This document shows, in pieces, positions 48,584-58,614 of a stretch of DNA of 64,000 nt (positions are counted from its first letter, which is position 1; the number at the start of each line of letters is the position of its first letter). The stretch comes from an uncultured Solirubrobacterales bacterium (GTDB taxonomy: Bacteria > Actinomycetota > Thermoleophilia > Solirubrobacterales > 70-9). Location: the NCBI GenBank assembly GCA_963705635.1, contig CAVPKH010000001.1, positions 594,395-658,394 on the forward strand. Reading direction: 5' to 3'. The notes under the pieces are model-generated. The model was not told the DNA's origin. It did not search any database and was given only the letters and a program-made list of their open reading frames with translations. A program made the translations under genes and the position numbers.

Positions 48584-49617
48584 GCACGATCGAGGAGCGA
48601 CCAGAGGCGGTGGCGGCGACAGCCATCACCCATGACTACTCGAAGCGGATGATGGTCTTCGGCGGCCGCAGCTCGATGGAGCTGGCCGCCAAGGTCGCCG
48701 GCAAGCTCGACGTCGACCTCGGCCAGGTGACGCTGAAGACCTTCGCCAACGGCGAGGTCTACTGCCGCTACGAGGAGTCGATCCGCGGCGCCGACGTCTT
48801 CATCGTGCAGTCGACCTGCGCCAACGAACACTCGGGGATGACGCCGAACGACTCGCTGATCGAGCTGCTGACGATGATCGATGCCGCCCAGGGCGCCTCC
48901 GCTCACCGCATCATCGCCGTCATGCCCTGGTACGGCTACGCCCGCCAGGACAAGAAGTCGGCGCCGCGCGAGCCGATCTCGGCCCGCATCGTCGCCAAGT
49001 GCCTGGAGGGCGTCGGCGTCGACCGCGTCCTCACCATGGATCTCCACGCCGGTCAGGTTCAGGGCTTCTTCCACGTCCCCGTCGACCACATGACGGCGAT
49101 GCCGATGCTGACCCAGTGGTTCGCCGACCAGCACCGCGCCGAGGAGCTCGTGATCGTCTCTCCCGACGCCGGCCGGGTGAAGACGGCGCGCAACTTCGCC
49201 CGCCGCATCGGCACCCACTGGGCGGTGATGGAGAAGGAGCGCCCGGCCCAGCAGGTGGCCGAGATCGGCTACGTCGTCGGCGACGTCAAGGGCAAGACCG
49301 CGGTCCTGGTCGACGACATGATCGACACCGCCGGCACGCTTTGCGCAGCGGCGCAGACGGTGCTCGACGAGGGGGCGGCGCGGGTGATCGCCTGCGCCAC
49401 CCACGGCGTCTTCTCCGGCCCCGCCTACGAACGCCTCGCCTACGAGAAGTCCGGCATCGAGCAGATCGTCGTCAGCGACACGATCCCCTTGCGGCCCGGC
49501 GCGCCCGACAACATCAAGGTGCTCTCCACGGCCGGCACCTTCGCCGACTCGATCCGCCGCATCTTCACCGACGACTCGGTCTCCGAGATCTTCGCCGGCG
49601 AGAATCAGCTCTTCTGA
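48580..49617 (+). CDS. prs: Ribose-phosphate pyrophosphokinase
   Basis: Track ORF of 345 aa: FANGEVYCRYEESIRG, DLHAGQVQGFF, VDDMIDTAGT. It has a GTGA overlap with the glmU stop. Confidence 0.93.
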   Translation: MSTIEERPEAVAATAITHDYSKRMMVFGGRSSMELAAKVAGKLDVDLGQVTLKTFANGEVYCRYEESIRGADVFIVQSTCANEHSGMTPNDSLIELLTMIDAAQGASAHRIIAVMPWYGYARQDKKSAPREPISARIVAKCLEGVGVDRVLTMDLHAGQVQGFFHVPVDHMTAMPMLTQWFADQHRAEELVIVSPDAGRVKTARNFARRIGTHWAVMEKERPAQQVAEIGYVVGDVKGKTAVLVDDMIDTAGTLCAAAQTVLDEGAARVIACATHGVFSGPAYERLAYEKSGIEQIVVSDTIPLRPGAPDNIKVLSTAGTFADSIRRIFTDDSVSEIFAGENQLF

Positions 49618-49644
49618 GGGTCGCGCGACAGCGCGGGACTCTCG

Positions 49645-50149
49645 ATGGGGGAACGGACAAAGCTCGGGCTGTGGATCTGCCTGCCGCTGCTCGCCTGGGC
49701 GGCTGTCTGGACCGCGGCGCTCTCGATGCCTGCCTCCGAACTGCGACGGCTACGGGCCCGACAGCGGAGGGGAGGAAGTACTGCTCATCGTCCTCGTCGC
49801 AGCGGCGTCGCTTGCCACCGCGGGCGCGGCGCTGTGGAGGCTGGTGGGCTTGGGCAACGCAAATGCGTTCAGCACGGGCCGGGACCTGACGATCGGCGCC
49901 AGCGCGGTGCTCGCCTTGGCCCTTGCGGTCCTCGCTTCCGCACCGCGCGACCGAATCGAGGTCGTTCCGGTGGTAGGCCTGTTGTTGACGGGTCTGGCCC
50001 TTGTCGTGCTTCTGGTCGCCTGGGCGGCGGGAGCGCGCCTCAACCGGATTGGCCTGCTCTTGCCCCTCTACCTGTTCGGGGTCGCATTGTTCGCCTATCC
50101 CCTCGTCGGCCTGCTGGGCCTGCTCGCCTCCAGCGGAATCGGTTGTTGA
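49645..50149 (+). pseudogene. Multi-TM membrane protein, reading frame broken near 49738-49742
   Basis: Coding-like in frame 1 from ATG 49645 (MGERTKLGLWICLPLLAWAAVWTAALSMPAS). It then continues in frame 2 (CDGYGPDSGGEEVLLIVLVAAASLATAGAALWRLVGLGNANAF... to 50149). The track shows only the two halves. Confidence 0.5.
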
Positions 50150-50162
50150 GCGGGTGGGGCAG

Positions 50163-50909
50163 ATGACCAGTCCCGGAGATGCACCGACCCTCCGCCTCGT
50201 CGGCCACAAGGGCGCCGACCTGATCGCGCCCGGCAACACGGTCGAGAGCTTCCTCGCCGCGGTCGAGGCCGGCGTCGACACGATCGAGCTCGACGTGCTC
50301 TGGTTGCGCGACGCTCACCTGCCGCTCGAGCAGCGGGCGCCGCTGGTCGTCGCTCACGACTGGGCCGACGCGGAACGGCGCACGCCGCTGAAGCTGACCG
50401 AGGCGCTCGACGCCTTCCTCGAGCCGCCGCTCGACCGGGTCGAGATCGACATTGACATCAAGCTGCCGGGGAGGGAGGAGGAGATCGTCGCGGCACTGCA
50501 GGAGCGTGCCCTGGTCGGCCGGGCGATGGTCTCGACGATGGAGCTGTACAGCCTCGCTCGAATCCGCGAGCTGGAGCCTCGTCTGCGCCGCGGCTGGACC
50601 TATCCGAAGGTGACCAAGGACTGGACGTCGAAGCGCTGGGCGAAGCTGCCGATGCTGGCGGCGCTGGTTGTGATGCGCCAGCGCTTGCCGGGCCTCGCCG
50701 CCCAGGAGCTGCCGAAGCTCGGGGTCGAGGCGATGTGGGTCTACCACCCGTTGGTCAGCCCGCGCCTGGGGCGTATCTGCAAGATCGCTCAGGTTGAGCT
50801 GATCGCCTGGACCGTCGACGACCTCGCCCGCATGAACAAGCTGGTCGCCGCCGGCGTAACCGGCCTCTGCTCCAACGACCCCCGCCTCTTCCAGCGAGTG
50901 GTCACTTGA
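50163..50909 (+). CDS. Glycerophosphodiester phosphodiesterase family protein
   Basis: ATG 50163 within track ORF 50001..50909(+): [34 protein letters not shown], ...IAWTVDD. Confidence 0.8.
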   Translation: MTSPGDAPTLRLVGHKGADLIAPGNTVESFLAAVEAGVDTIELDVLWLRDAHLPLEQRAPLVVAHDWADAERRTPLKLTEALDAFLEPPLDRVEIDIDIKLPGREEEIVAALQERALVGRAMVSTMELYSLARIRELEPRLRRGWTYPKVTKDWTSKRWAKLPMLAALVVMRQRLPGLAAQELPKLGVEAMWVYHPLVSPRLGRICKIAQVELIAWTVDDLARMNKLVAAGVTGLCSNDPRLFQRVVT

Positions 50910-50940
50910 GCCGGCTCTGACCGGCCTAACTGACCACTCG
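50895..50940. repeat. Imperfect copy of the 46-bp palindrome (copy 2 of 2)
   Basis: cgagtggtcacttgagccggctctgaccggcctaactgaccactcg. The outer 10 bp are identical to copy 1, and the left arm encodes the last codons and the TGA of the GDPD gene. Confidence 0.8.
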
Positions 50941-50947
50941 GCCCCCG

Positions 50948-51833
50948 CTAGATGGTGCCGGGGGTTGTTGTGGGGGGTGCGTTGCGTTTGTTCTTTACGG
51001 CTGAGTTGAGCTCGTCGGCGGTGAAACCGCCGACCGCCTCGCCGTCGATCGCGTAGCGGTAGAGCGCGACGCCGAAGATGTTGCTGAGGGCGCTGGAGAT
51101 CAGCATCGAGATCGCCAGGCCGATCACGCCGAGCACCAGCAGCAGGGCGCCGGCGAAGCTGGCCGAGGCCCAGATCAGGAAGCCGGCGAAGATCAGCAGC
51201 GCCGAGGGCAGCACGCCGAAGAGGAAGACCGCACCGCCAATTGCGATGTTGCCGGTCACCTGCTGTCCCCAGCGAGATTTGAAGAGGTTGGAGGAGCGCT
51301 TCAGGGTCTCAAGGGGCCCAGTGCCCTCGAGCGCGATCACGGGCACGGCGAGGAAGGTGATCAACGACCAGCCGATCGCCAGCACCCGGCTGACGATCTC
51401 GCCGATGACGCCCTGGTTCTCGAGCGCGCTGAGCACCAGCCCGACGGTGGTCGCGACGGCGGCCCAGCCGCAGATCTGCGAGAAGCGGCTGCGAGAGATC
51501 GCCAGACCGTTGCTGACGGTCGCCTGCTGGCCGCGGAAGATCATGTCGGCGGCCGCGGCGAGGCCGACGCTGAAGTAGGTGCCGATTACGGCGAGCAGGT
51601 AGAAGCCGATCACGGCGATGGCACCGCCGAATACCGTTCTGGTCGTCCGCGATCAGGTAGATGCCGGGGCCGACGACGACGAGCGCGCAGACGATCGTTG
51701 CGGCCCCGCCGTAGAGGGGAAAGCGCAACAGCTCAGGGTTCTGGCGCAGCAGTGCCCAGCTTTTCTTGGTCAGCTGCCCACCCACGTTTCGATCCTGCTC
51801 ATCGCTGCTCTCCTTCCAGGGACTTCTCGACAA
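50948..51833 (-). pseudogene. DUF6159-like polytopic membrane protein, reading frame broken near 51632-51638
   Basis: The N-terminal part is in the frame of track ORF 51309..51833 (MSRSPWKESSDEQDRNVGGQLTKKSWALLRQNPELLRFPLYGG...IYLIADDQN). The remainder is in the frame of ORF 50948..51613 (VFGGAIAVIGFYLLAVIG...). Confidence 0.6.
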
Positions 51834-53233
51834 TCGGGGTCTGCGTCATCCCTCTTCCCTCGAAGTACTCCCACTCCTGCTCGCCCAGCTCGGTCACCGG
51901 CGGATCGGCGTAGATCCACTCGCGCATGATCCGGTGCCAGTTGCGCTTCGCCCGCAGTTGCCCCAGCACCGCGACGACGCCGATTTCCATGCGCCGGCCC
52001 ATCAGCTCGTCGGCGGGCACCGACTCGCGCCGCATCAGGTCGTAGTACTCCGAGCGGGGGTCGTTGGTTGACTCGATGATCTTCATCACCCGCCGGGCGC
52101 TGATCTCGATCTCGCGGTCCTCGACGAACCAGCCGCTGACCGCCATCATGTGCTCCATCAGCCGTTCGGCGTCGAGCTTCGAGGGGTTCTTGATGAAGCC
52201 GGCCTCGTGAAGCGCGTCGCGGAAGCGTTCCGGGTCGTCATGGAAAGCGGCGTCGATCAGCCCGCTGCTCGAGCACGATCTGCTCGTGAGTGAGTTTCTT
52301 GGTCATGCCGAAGTCGAGGAAGGCGACGCGGCCGTCGGCCATCAGGATGTAGTTGCCGGGGTGGGGATCGGCGTTGAAGTGGCGCAGGTGGTAGATCGAG
52401 CCGAAGCTGCCGCGGAAGACGATCTCGCCGAAGCGGCTGCGCTCCTCGTCCGGCAACTCCTTGATCTGCTCGAAGCCGAGGCCCTCGACCAGCTCGGTGA
52501 CGAGCACCCGGCGCCGCGAGAGCCGCGTGATCACGTCCGGCACGTAGATGAAGGGGTGGTCGCGGTAGGCGCGGGAGAAGCTGCGCTGGTTCTGCGCCTC
52601 GTACTCGTAGTCGAGCTCCTCCATGACGCGCTCGCGCAGCTCGGCTGCGATCGCCTTGGCGTCGAGGCCGGGGGCGAGGGCGCGGGCGAGGCGGACGATC
52701 GTGCCGGCGTTGCGCAGGTCGGCGTCGAGCGCCTCGGCGATACCCGGGTACTGGATCTTCACCGCGACCCGGCGGCCGTCGGGCAGCTCGGCCCGGTGCA
52801 CCTGGCCGATCGAGGCGGCGGCAAAAGCCTCCTGCTCGAACTCGGCGAAGAGCTCGGAGAGCGGCTCGCCGTCGTACTCTTCCTCCAGCACCTTCTCGAC
52901 TTTCTCCCAGGGCATCGCCGGCGCGTCGGTGCGCAGCTTCGCCAGCTGCTCCTGGTAGATCTCGCGGTACTCGTCGGGGATGAACTCGGTGTCGATGAAG
53001 GAGGCGAACTGCCCGAGCTTCATCGCCGCCCCCTTCATCTGGCCCAAAGCGCCGACCATCTTCATCGCCGTCTCCAGGTGGCGCTGCTCGAGGCGCTCCT
53101 TGCTGTTCTCCTCGGAACGGCCGACGTTGGTCGCCTTTGTGCCGGCGTAGCGGGCGCCCTGCACGCCGACGATCGAGCCCAGCTTGGCCGAGCGTCTCAT
53201 CCGGCCCTTGGGGATCTTCGAGCCGTCGGCCAT
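51799..53233 (-). pseudogene. ABC1/UbiB-family atypical kinase, reading frame broken near 52258-52264
   Basis: Track ORF 52238..53233 (…AAASIGQVHRAELPDGRRVAVKIQYPG…HADPHPGNYIL…DFGM) continues after a shift as LIDAAFHDDPERFRDALHEAGFIKNPSKLDAERL. That joins track ORF 51799..52158. Confidence 0.75.
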
Positions 53234-53281
53234 CGGCCGAAGGGTGCCACACGCGCGCTTTCTCTATCCTCTCCCGTCCGA

Positions 53282-53966
53282 ATGGCCCGTGGACGCGAAA
53301 AGCTGAAGGCAGCACCCCGCACCGAGTTCGGCTCGCGGACCTCCCGCCGCTTGCGGCGCGAGGGTCTCGTGCCGGGTGTCGTCTACAGCGGCGGCTCCGA
53401 GGCGCGAGGCCTTCCAGGTCGCCGAACGCGACGTTCGCAACGTGCTCGGCGAAGGCGCCGCGCTGTTCGACCTCGAGATCGAGGGCGGCAAAGCCGTCCC
53501 CGTCGTCGTCAAGGAGCAGCAGCTGCACCCAGTGCGCGGCAGCCTCCAGCACATCGACCTGCAGGAGGTGCGGCTCGACGAGGCGATCCAGGCCGAGGTC
53601 GCGATCGAGCTCGAGGGCACCGATGTCGCCCCGGGCGTCAAGGGCGGTGGCGTGCTCGAGCACGTCACCCGCGAGGTCACGGTCGAAGCGCTGCCCACCG
53701 AGATTCCCGATCGCATCATCGCCGACGTCTCGGCGATGGAGATCAACGACACCCTGCAGCTCTCGGCGCTGGTCGTGCCCGAGGGCGTCACCCTCGTCGC
53801 CGACGATCTCGACGAGGTGACGATCGCCACGCTTTCGCCGCCGCGGGTCGAGGAAGTCGCCGAGCCCGCGGTCGAGGAGGAGGCCGAGCTGGTCGGCGAG
53901 GATGGCGAGGCAGCCGCCGCCGACGAGGGCGGCGACGGCGATTCGGGCGACTCCGGCGGGGAGTAA
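53282..53966 (+). pseudogene. rplY: 50S ribosomal protein L25/Ctc, reading frame broken at about 53405
   Basis: ATG 53282 gives MARGREKLKAAPRTEFGSRTSRRLRREGLVPGVVYSGGSEA. The protein continues one frame over as EAFQVAERDVRNVL... (track ORF 53376..53966), ending in an acidic tail. Confidence 0.8.
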
Positions 53967-53969
53967 CCG

Positions 53970-54604
53970 CTGTCGATCTTTCGCCGCCGGGCCGATCGCG
54001 GCGAGGGCGAGCAGCGCGCGACCGCATCCTCATCGTCGGCCTCGGCAACCCCGGCGAGCGCTATGCCGCCACCCGCCACAACATCGGCTTCGAGGTTGCG
54101 GCTGAGCTCTCGCGGCGCTGGGACCTGCCGCGGGCGAAGCAGAAGTTCGGCGGGCTGATCAGCGAAGGCCGCGCCGGCCCCGGCGGCCCGCGCGTCGCGA
54201 TCCTGCTGCCGCAGACCCAGATGAACGCCTCCGGCGACTCGGCCGGCCCTGCCCGCGGCTCGCTCAAGGTGCCGCTCGATCGGGTCGTCGTCCTGCACGA
54301 CGAGATCGATCTTCCCTTCGGCGAGGTCAAGGTCCGCCTCGGCGGCGGGCTCGCCGGCCACAACGGGCTGAAGAGCCTCAAGCGCGGCTTCGGCGATGCC
54401 GAGTTCTGGCGGGTGCGGGTCGGGGTCGACCGTCCCGACTCGACCGACCCAGAGGTCGTCGCCTCCTACGTGCTCGGGCGCTTCCGCGAGCCTCGCGATG
54501 AGGTCGCCGCCCTGGTCGAGCGTGCCAGCGGCGAGGCCGAGAGGCTGGTCGATGAAGCTAGATCGAATAAGTTTCACCGCGTGAGCGCCGACTCGCCGAG
54601 CTGA
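53970..54604 (+). pseudogene. pth: Peptidyl-tRNA hydrolase, CTG at the expected start and a frame break near 54020
   Basis: ggggag at 53958-53963 is followed 6 nt later by CTG 53970, giving (L)SIFRRRADRGEGEQRA in a frame with high GC3. The conserved part DRILIVGLGNPGERYAATRHNIGF... is in another frame, running to TGA 54602-54604. Confidence 0.7.
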
Positions 54605-55314
54605 CCAGCTACGAAGTCGACGAGCAGGGCGTGGCGGTGCTGCGGCTGCTGCGGCCGAAGTCGCGCAACGCGATCAACACCCAGATGCTGGTCGAGCTGC
54701 TCGAGCACCTCGCTGTGGCCCGCGGCGACGAGGCCGTGCGGGTGCTGGTGGTCAGCTCCGCCGATCACATGGGCCTCTCGGCCGGCGCCGACGTCAAGGA
54801 GGAGCTCGACGACGAGGGCAAGGTCCACCGCATGCAGCTCTTCGCCGACGTCTACGACGAGATCGTCGCCTTCCCCAAGCCGACGATCGCCGTCTGCCAC
54901 GGCGACGTGGTCGGCGGCGGCGCCGAGATCGCCGTTGCCTGCGACATGCGCGTCGGCGGCTCGAACCTGCGCATGCGCTTCCCCGGGGCGGCGCTGGGGG
55001 TGCCGGTTGGCCCGGCCCGCCTGGTCACCCTCTGCGGTCTCGCCACCGCCAAGTACCTGCTGCTCTCCTCGCGCACGGTCGGCGCCGACGAGGCGCTGCG
55101 CCTCGGCCTGGTCAACCGCGTCGCCCCGGCGGCGGCGACCGAGGAGTCGGCGCTGCAGCTTGCCGCCGAGATCGCCGCGCACCCACCGCAGGCAGTGGCC
55201 CAGCTCAAGCGCATGCTGCACGGGTGGGACGACGTCGAGGGCCGCTCTCGCAGCGAGGGAGTGGGCCAGGTCGAGTGGCAGCGCTCGGGCCCCGGCCTGC
55301 CCTACCGACGCTGA
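54601..55314 (+). CDS. Enoyl-CoA hydratase/isomerase family protein
   Basis: The track starts at GTG 54631, but the crotonase N-terminal strand (L)TSYEVDEQGVAVLRLLRPKSRNAIN is in frame from CTG 54601 (a CTGA overlap with the pth stop). No ATG, GTG or TTG is available upstream in frame. Confidence 0.75.
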   Translation: MTSYEVDEQGVAVLRLLRPKSRNAINTQMLVELLEHLAVARGDEAVRVLVVSSADHMGLSAGADVKEELDDEGKVHRMQLFADVYDEIVAFPKPTIAVCHGDVVGGGAEIAVACDMRVGGSNLRMRFPGAALGVPVGPARLVTLCGLATAKYLLLSSRTVGADEALRLGLVNRVAPAAATEESALQLAAEIAAHPPQAVAQLKRMLHGWDDVEGRSRSEGVGQVEWQRSGPGLPYRR

Positions 55315-55393
55315 AGTCGTCATGCGGCGCCCTCAGTCGCTCGCGTGCAGGGGCACGCCACGCGCTCCCTGCGCCCTTGCCTGACGACCTCAG
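55311..55393. repeat. Intergenic palindromic element of the conserved-core family between convergent genes
   Basis: Arms ctgaagtcgtca / tgacgacctcag contain the ech TGA and the GMC-gene TGA (as tca). Core blocks: gcggcgccctcagtcg (55324-55339), hairpin gcgtgc-aggg-gcacgc, and ctccctgcgcccttgcc (55365-55381). Confidence 0.7.
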
Positions 55394-57235
55394 GGTCGCG
55401 TAGCTACGGCCGCGGCCTCGCCGACGCCCGCCGCGATCGCCATGATCGAGATCTGGGGGTTGACGCCGGGGCAGCTGGGGAGGATCGAGCCGTCGGCTAC
55501 CCAGACTCCCTCGACGCCGCGCAGCCGTCCTTGCGGGTCGACCGGATGACGGGCTGAGTCCGAGCCCGCGGCGGCGGTTCCGCTGGGGTGGAAGCCGGCG
55601 AGGCGGAGGCGGCGCACGTCTAGTCGCTGCATCGCCGCCTCGAGCTCGGCCTCTGAGCCCACTGCCGGGGCGCCGCCGCCGAGTTCGACGTCCTTTGCGC
55701 CGGCTGCCAGCATCACTCGCGCCATCGCCTCGATCGCGACAGCGAGGCGGCGTTCGTCGGCCTTGGCGAGGCGATAGGAGACGAGAGGGGCGCGGGAGCC
55801 AAAGACCCGACCGGAGGGCTCGTCGGCGATCATCGCGCCGATCATCGCCCTGTTGGGGGCGCGGTTGAGCCGGCCGAGCAGGTGGGTGCCGTAGCCGGGC
55901 GCCGAGATCGCGCCCATGCCCGGCGGGCTGCCGGTGGCCTCGATCAGGACGCCCTCGGACTCGTGCAGCTCCTCGATCCCGACGCTCTGCATCACGCCGC
56001 TCCAGGGCACGACCTCCTGCTCGAAGCCGGCGGTGATCCCGGTGGCGGGATGGATCGAGAGGTTGCGGCCAAGCCGGGGATGGCGGCCGAGGCCGCTGCG
56101 GCGCAGCAGCGGCGGGGTCGGGATCGCGCCCGCGGCGACGACCACGAGCGGGGCAGAGATCTTGCACCTCGCTGCCGTCGGCCCGCCGCGCCGCGACGCC
56201 CGTCGCGCGGCCGGACTCGCTCAGCACCCGCGTCACGCGCAGCCCGGAGACGATCCGCGCCCCGGCCTCGCAGGCCTGCGGCAGGGCGTTGAGGTGGACG
56301 CCGCCCTTGGCGTTGTTGGGGCAGCCGATCGCGCACTGGCAGGCGCCGCGGCAGCCCGGCGCGTTGCGGCGCAGGGGGGCGCTCTGCCAGTCCAAGGTCG
56401 CTGCGCCCTCGAGGGCGAGTTCGCCGTTGCGGCCCAGCACCTCCATCGGCGCTGGGGCGACGCCGATCGTCGCTTCGACGTCGGCGATCCGCGCGCCGAG
56501 CAGCTCGAGATCGGCGAGGGCGAGGCCGTGCTCCTTGTGCCAAGAGGTGGCCACCGCCGTCGGCGGACGGAAGCAGGTGCCCGAGTTGATCACGGTGGTG
56601 CCGCCCACCGCCCGTCCCAGCGGCAGCGCGATCGGCGGGTTGCCCAGCGCCATCGTCGTACCGCCGTCGCGGTAGATGCCGGCGAAGCGGTCGAGCGGGT
56701 GCGAGCTGCGGATCCGGTCCGCGGTCCAGCGCTCGCCCTCCTCGACGATCACGGTGTCGAATCCGGCCCGCGCCAGCGCCCGCGCGGCGAAGGCGCCGCC
56801 CGCCCCGGAGCCGATCACGACCGCGTCGCAACTCGATGTGTGTGGCCACTCCGTTGCCGGCACGACCGCCATCTGCGGGTCCGGTCGCGAGGGCTCGTGG
56901 CGCGATCCGACCGCCGCGATCTCGCCCGCGAACGTATCGGCACCGTGAGCGAGCATGACCACCGACTTGACCGCGTCGAGCGCCGGGGAGCCGCCGAGCC
57001 GAGAGACCTGGGCGAGCAGCGCTTCGCGCTGCTGGGGCGATGCGCGGCCGAGCAGACGTCCGCTGCGAGCGAGCGAGAGCGCCTCGAGGCCGACGAGCGC
57101 CGCTGCGAGGCCAGCCTGAGAGGACGCGGGCATGCGCGAGACCATCCGCCTGGCGACGCTCGCGACCCGCTCAGGGTCAGGCCCCCCAGCCTCGGGCGGC
57201 AGGATCGCTGCCGCCACGTCTCCCAGCGCGGACAT
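55390..57235 (-). pseudogene. GMC family oxidoreductase with N-terminal extension, reading frame broken near 56160-56164
   Basis: Track ORF 55205..57235 is protein-like up to ...GVAARRADGSEVQ (it includes DAVVIGSGAGGA). The continuation ISAPLVVVAAGAIPTPPLLRRSG... is in the frame of track ORF 55390..56145. Confidence 0.75.
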
Positions 57236-57244
57236 GGCTTGATC

Positions 57245-58099
57245 TTAGGTCCAGCTGGTCGAATCGAGCACTGCGCCGTTCCCAAAGCGCTCCGGGTGGG
57301 CGCTCATCTGCTCGGCCACCTCGGCGCAGCCCGCGACCCAGACCTCGTCTCCCGTCGACGCTGACGCGACGTGGCCGAGCAGCGTCGCGAAGGGCTCGTC
57401 GCCGAGCCAGCCGAGCATGAACGGGTGCAGGACGATCGCCATGTAGCCGCCGTCTTCGGCCAGCCTGCCGATCTCCGCTTTGAGCCAGGCGACGAAGGTG
57501 GCGGGCTCGACCGGGTCGGGGGAGCCGCTGATCTGCTTGCGCGCCGCGGCGAGGGGCGGCAGCACGCAGCTGGCGTCGAGGTGGCACCACTCGAAGGGCA
57601 GCAGGGAGACGCCGTCCTCGGTGCCGGCCCCAGCTCCAGCGGGAGAGCAGTAGGTCAGGCCCGCCTCGCGCAGGACGCGGGTGCCGCCCTCGCCGAGTTG
57701 GCCGCCCGGCGGGCGCAGCCCGGCGATCTCCAGGCCGAGCCGCTCGAACGCGGCGAGGCCCCGCTCCAGGTTCGCCGCCTGCTCGGCCGCCGTCAGGTCC
57801 GCCCACTGCTCGTGGCGCCAGGCGTGGTAGGCGACCTCGTGGCCGCGGGCGTCGATCTCGCGCAAGAGGTCGGGGTAGAGCTCCGCGTTCAATCCCTCGA
57901 CGAAGAACGTCGCGGCGATCCGGCGCTCGGCGAGCCGCTCGAGCAACTGCGGCAGCACCTCGCGCGCCGTTGCGTGGCGGCCCAGTGGCGCGTCCGCCGG
58001 CAACGCTCCCATCTCCAGCTCCGCCGCCTCGCCGAGGTTGTCGAAGCTGAGGCTGAGCGCCGCGCGGGCGCCACGCGGCCAGGGAGGCGGCTCGCTCAT
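57245..58099 (-). CDS. Polysaccharide deacetylase family protein
   Basis: ATG 58099 within track ORF 57245..58492(-): ALSLSFDNLGEAAE..., FFVEG, HEVAYHAWRHE. Confidence 0.75.
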   Translation of the reverse strand: MSEPPPWPRGARAALSLSFDNLGEAAELEMGALPADAPLGRHATAREVLPQLLERLAERRIAATFFVEGLNAELYPDLLREIDARGHEVAYHAWRHEQWADLTAAEQAANLERGLAAFERLGLEIAGLRPPGGQLGEGGTRVLREAGLTYCSPAGAGAGTEDGVSLLPFEWCHLDASCVLPPLAAARKQISGSPDPVEPATFVAWLKAEIGRLAEDGGYMAIVLHPFMLGWLGDEPFATLLGHVASASTGDEVWVAGCAEVAEQMSAHPERFGNGAVLDSTSWT

Positions 58100-58614
58100 T
58101 CGCGCAGCGCCGGGCTCCAGCGCTCCGGCTCGAGCTCCGCCTGCTCGCGGGCCCAGCGGAAGTGGTGCTGGGCCGAGGCGAGCAGGACCGGGAAGTTGAG
58201 CAGGCCGGCGATCGCGAAACGGCGTGCTCCGGGGCGGTTCGCCGCCGGCAGGCTGAGCGCGCTGCAGACGAGCCAGAACCAGAGCACGGCGTTGTAGGCG
58301 GGGAGCTGATCCTCGCTCAGGCCCTCGGCTTCGTCGAGCATCGGCAGGCCGCGGTGCAGCGACCAGGGCCAGGCCTTGAAGTGGACGGCGACGCCGGCGA
58401 CGCCGATCCCGGCGCTGAAAGCCGTCAGCCGACGCGCGTTCTCGCCGTCGCGGGCGGCGGCGGCGAGCATCAGTGGGAAGTAGGCGCTCCACAGCGCGTA
58501 GGCGCCGCGGCGGCCGATGAACGGCTCGAAGACGAGGCCGACCCCGGCGCGGGTCTCGAAGGCGTTGTGGGCGAGCAGGCCGAGCGCCGATCCGGCGGCA
58601 AGCAGGCGCCTCAT
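58096..58614 (-). CDS. Hypothetical integral membrane protein
   Basis: ATG 58614 within track ORF 58096..58830(-). It has four or so hydrophobic helices and ATGA overlaps at both ends. Confidence 0.6.
   Translation of the reverse strand: MRRLLAAGSALGLLAHNAFETRAGVGLVFEPFIGRRGAYALWSAYFPLMLAAAARDGENARRLTAFSAGIGVAGVAVHFKAWPWSLHRGLPMLDEAEGLSEDQLPAYNAVLWFWLVCSALSLPAANRPGARRFAIAGLLNFPVLLASAQHHFRWAREQAELEPERWSPALRE

Noticed and set aside
49645-56170. Programmed +1 ribosomal frameshifting or transcriptional slippage as the explanation for the clustered frame breaks.
   Set aside because: I saw no shared slippery heptamer, no downstream stimulatory structure and no rare or stop codon at the junctions. 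The affected genes are unrelated, one event has the opposite sign, and the events cluster physically rather than by gene family. Sequence error or decay is more parsimonious.
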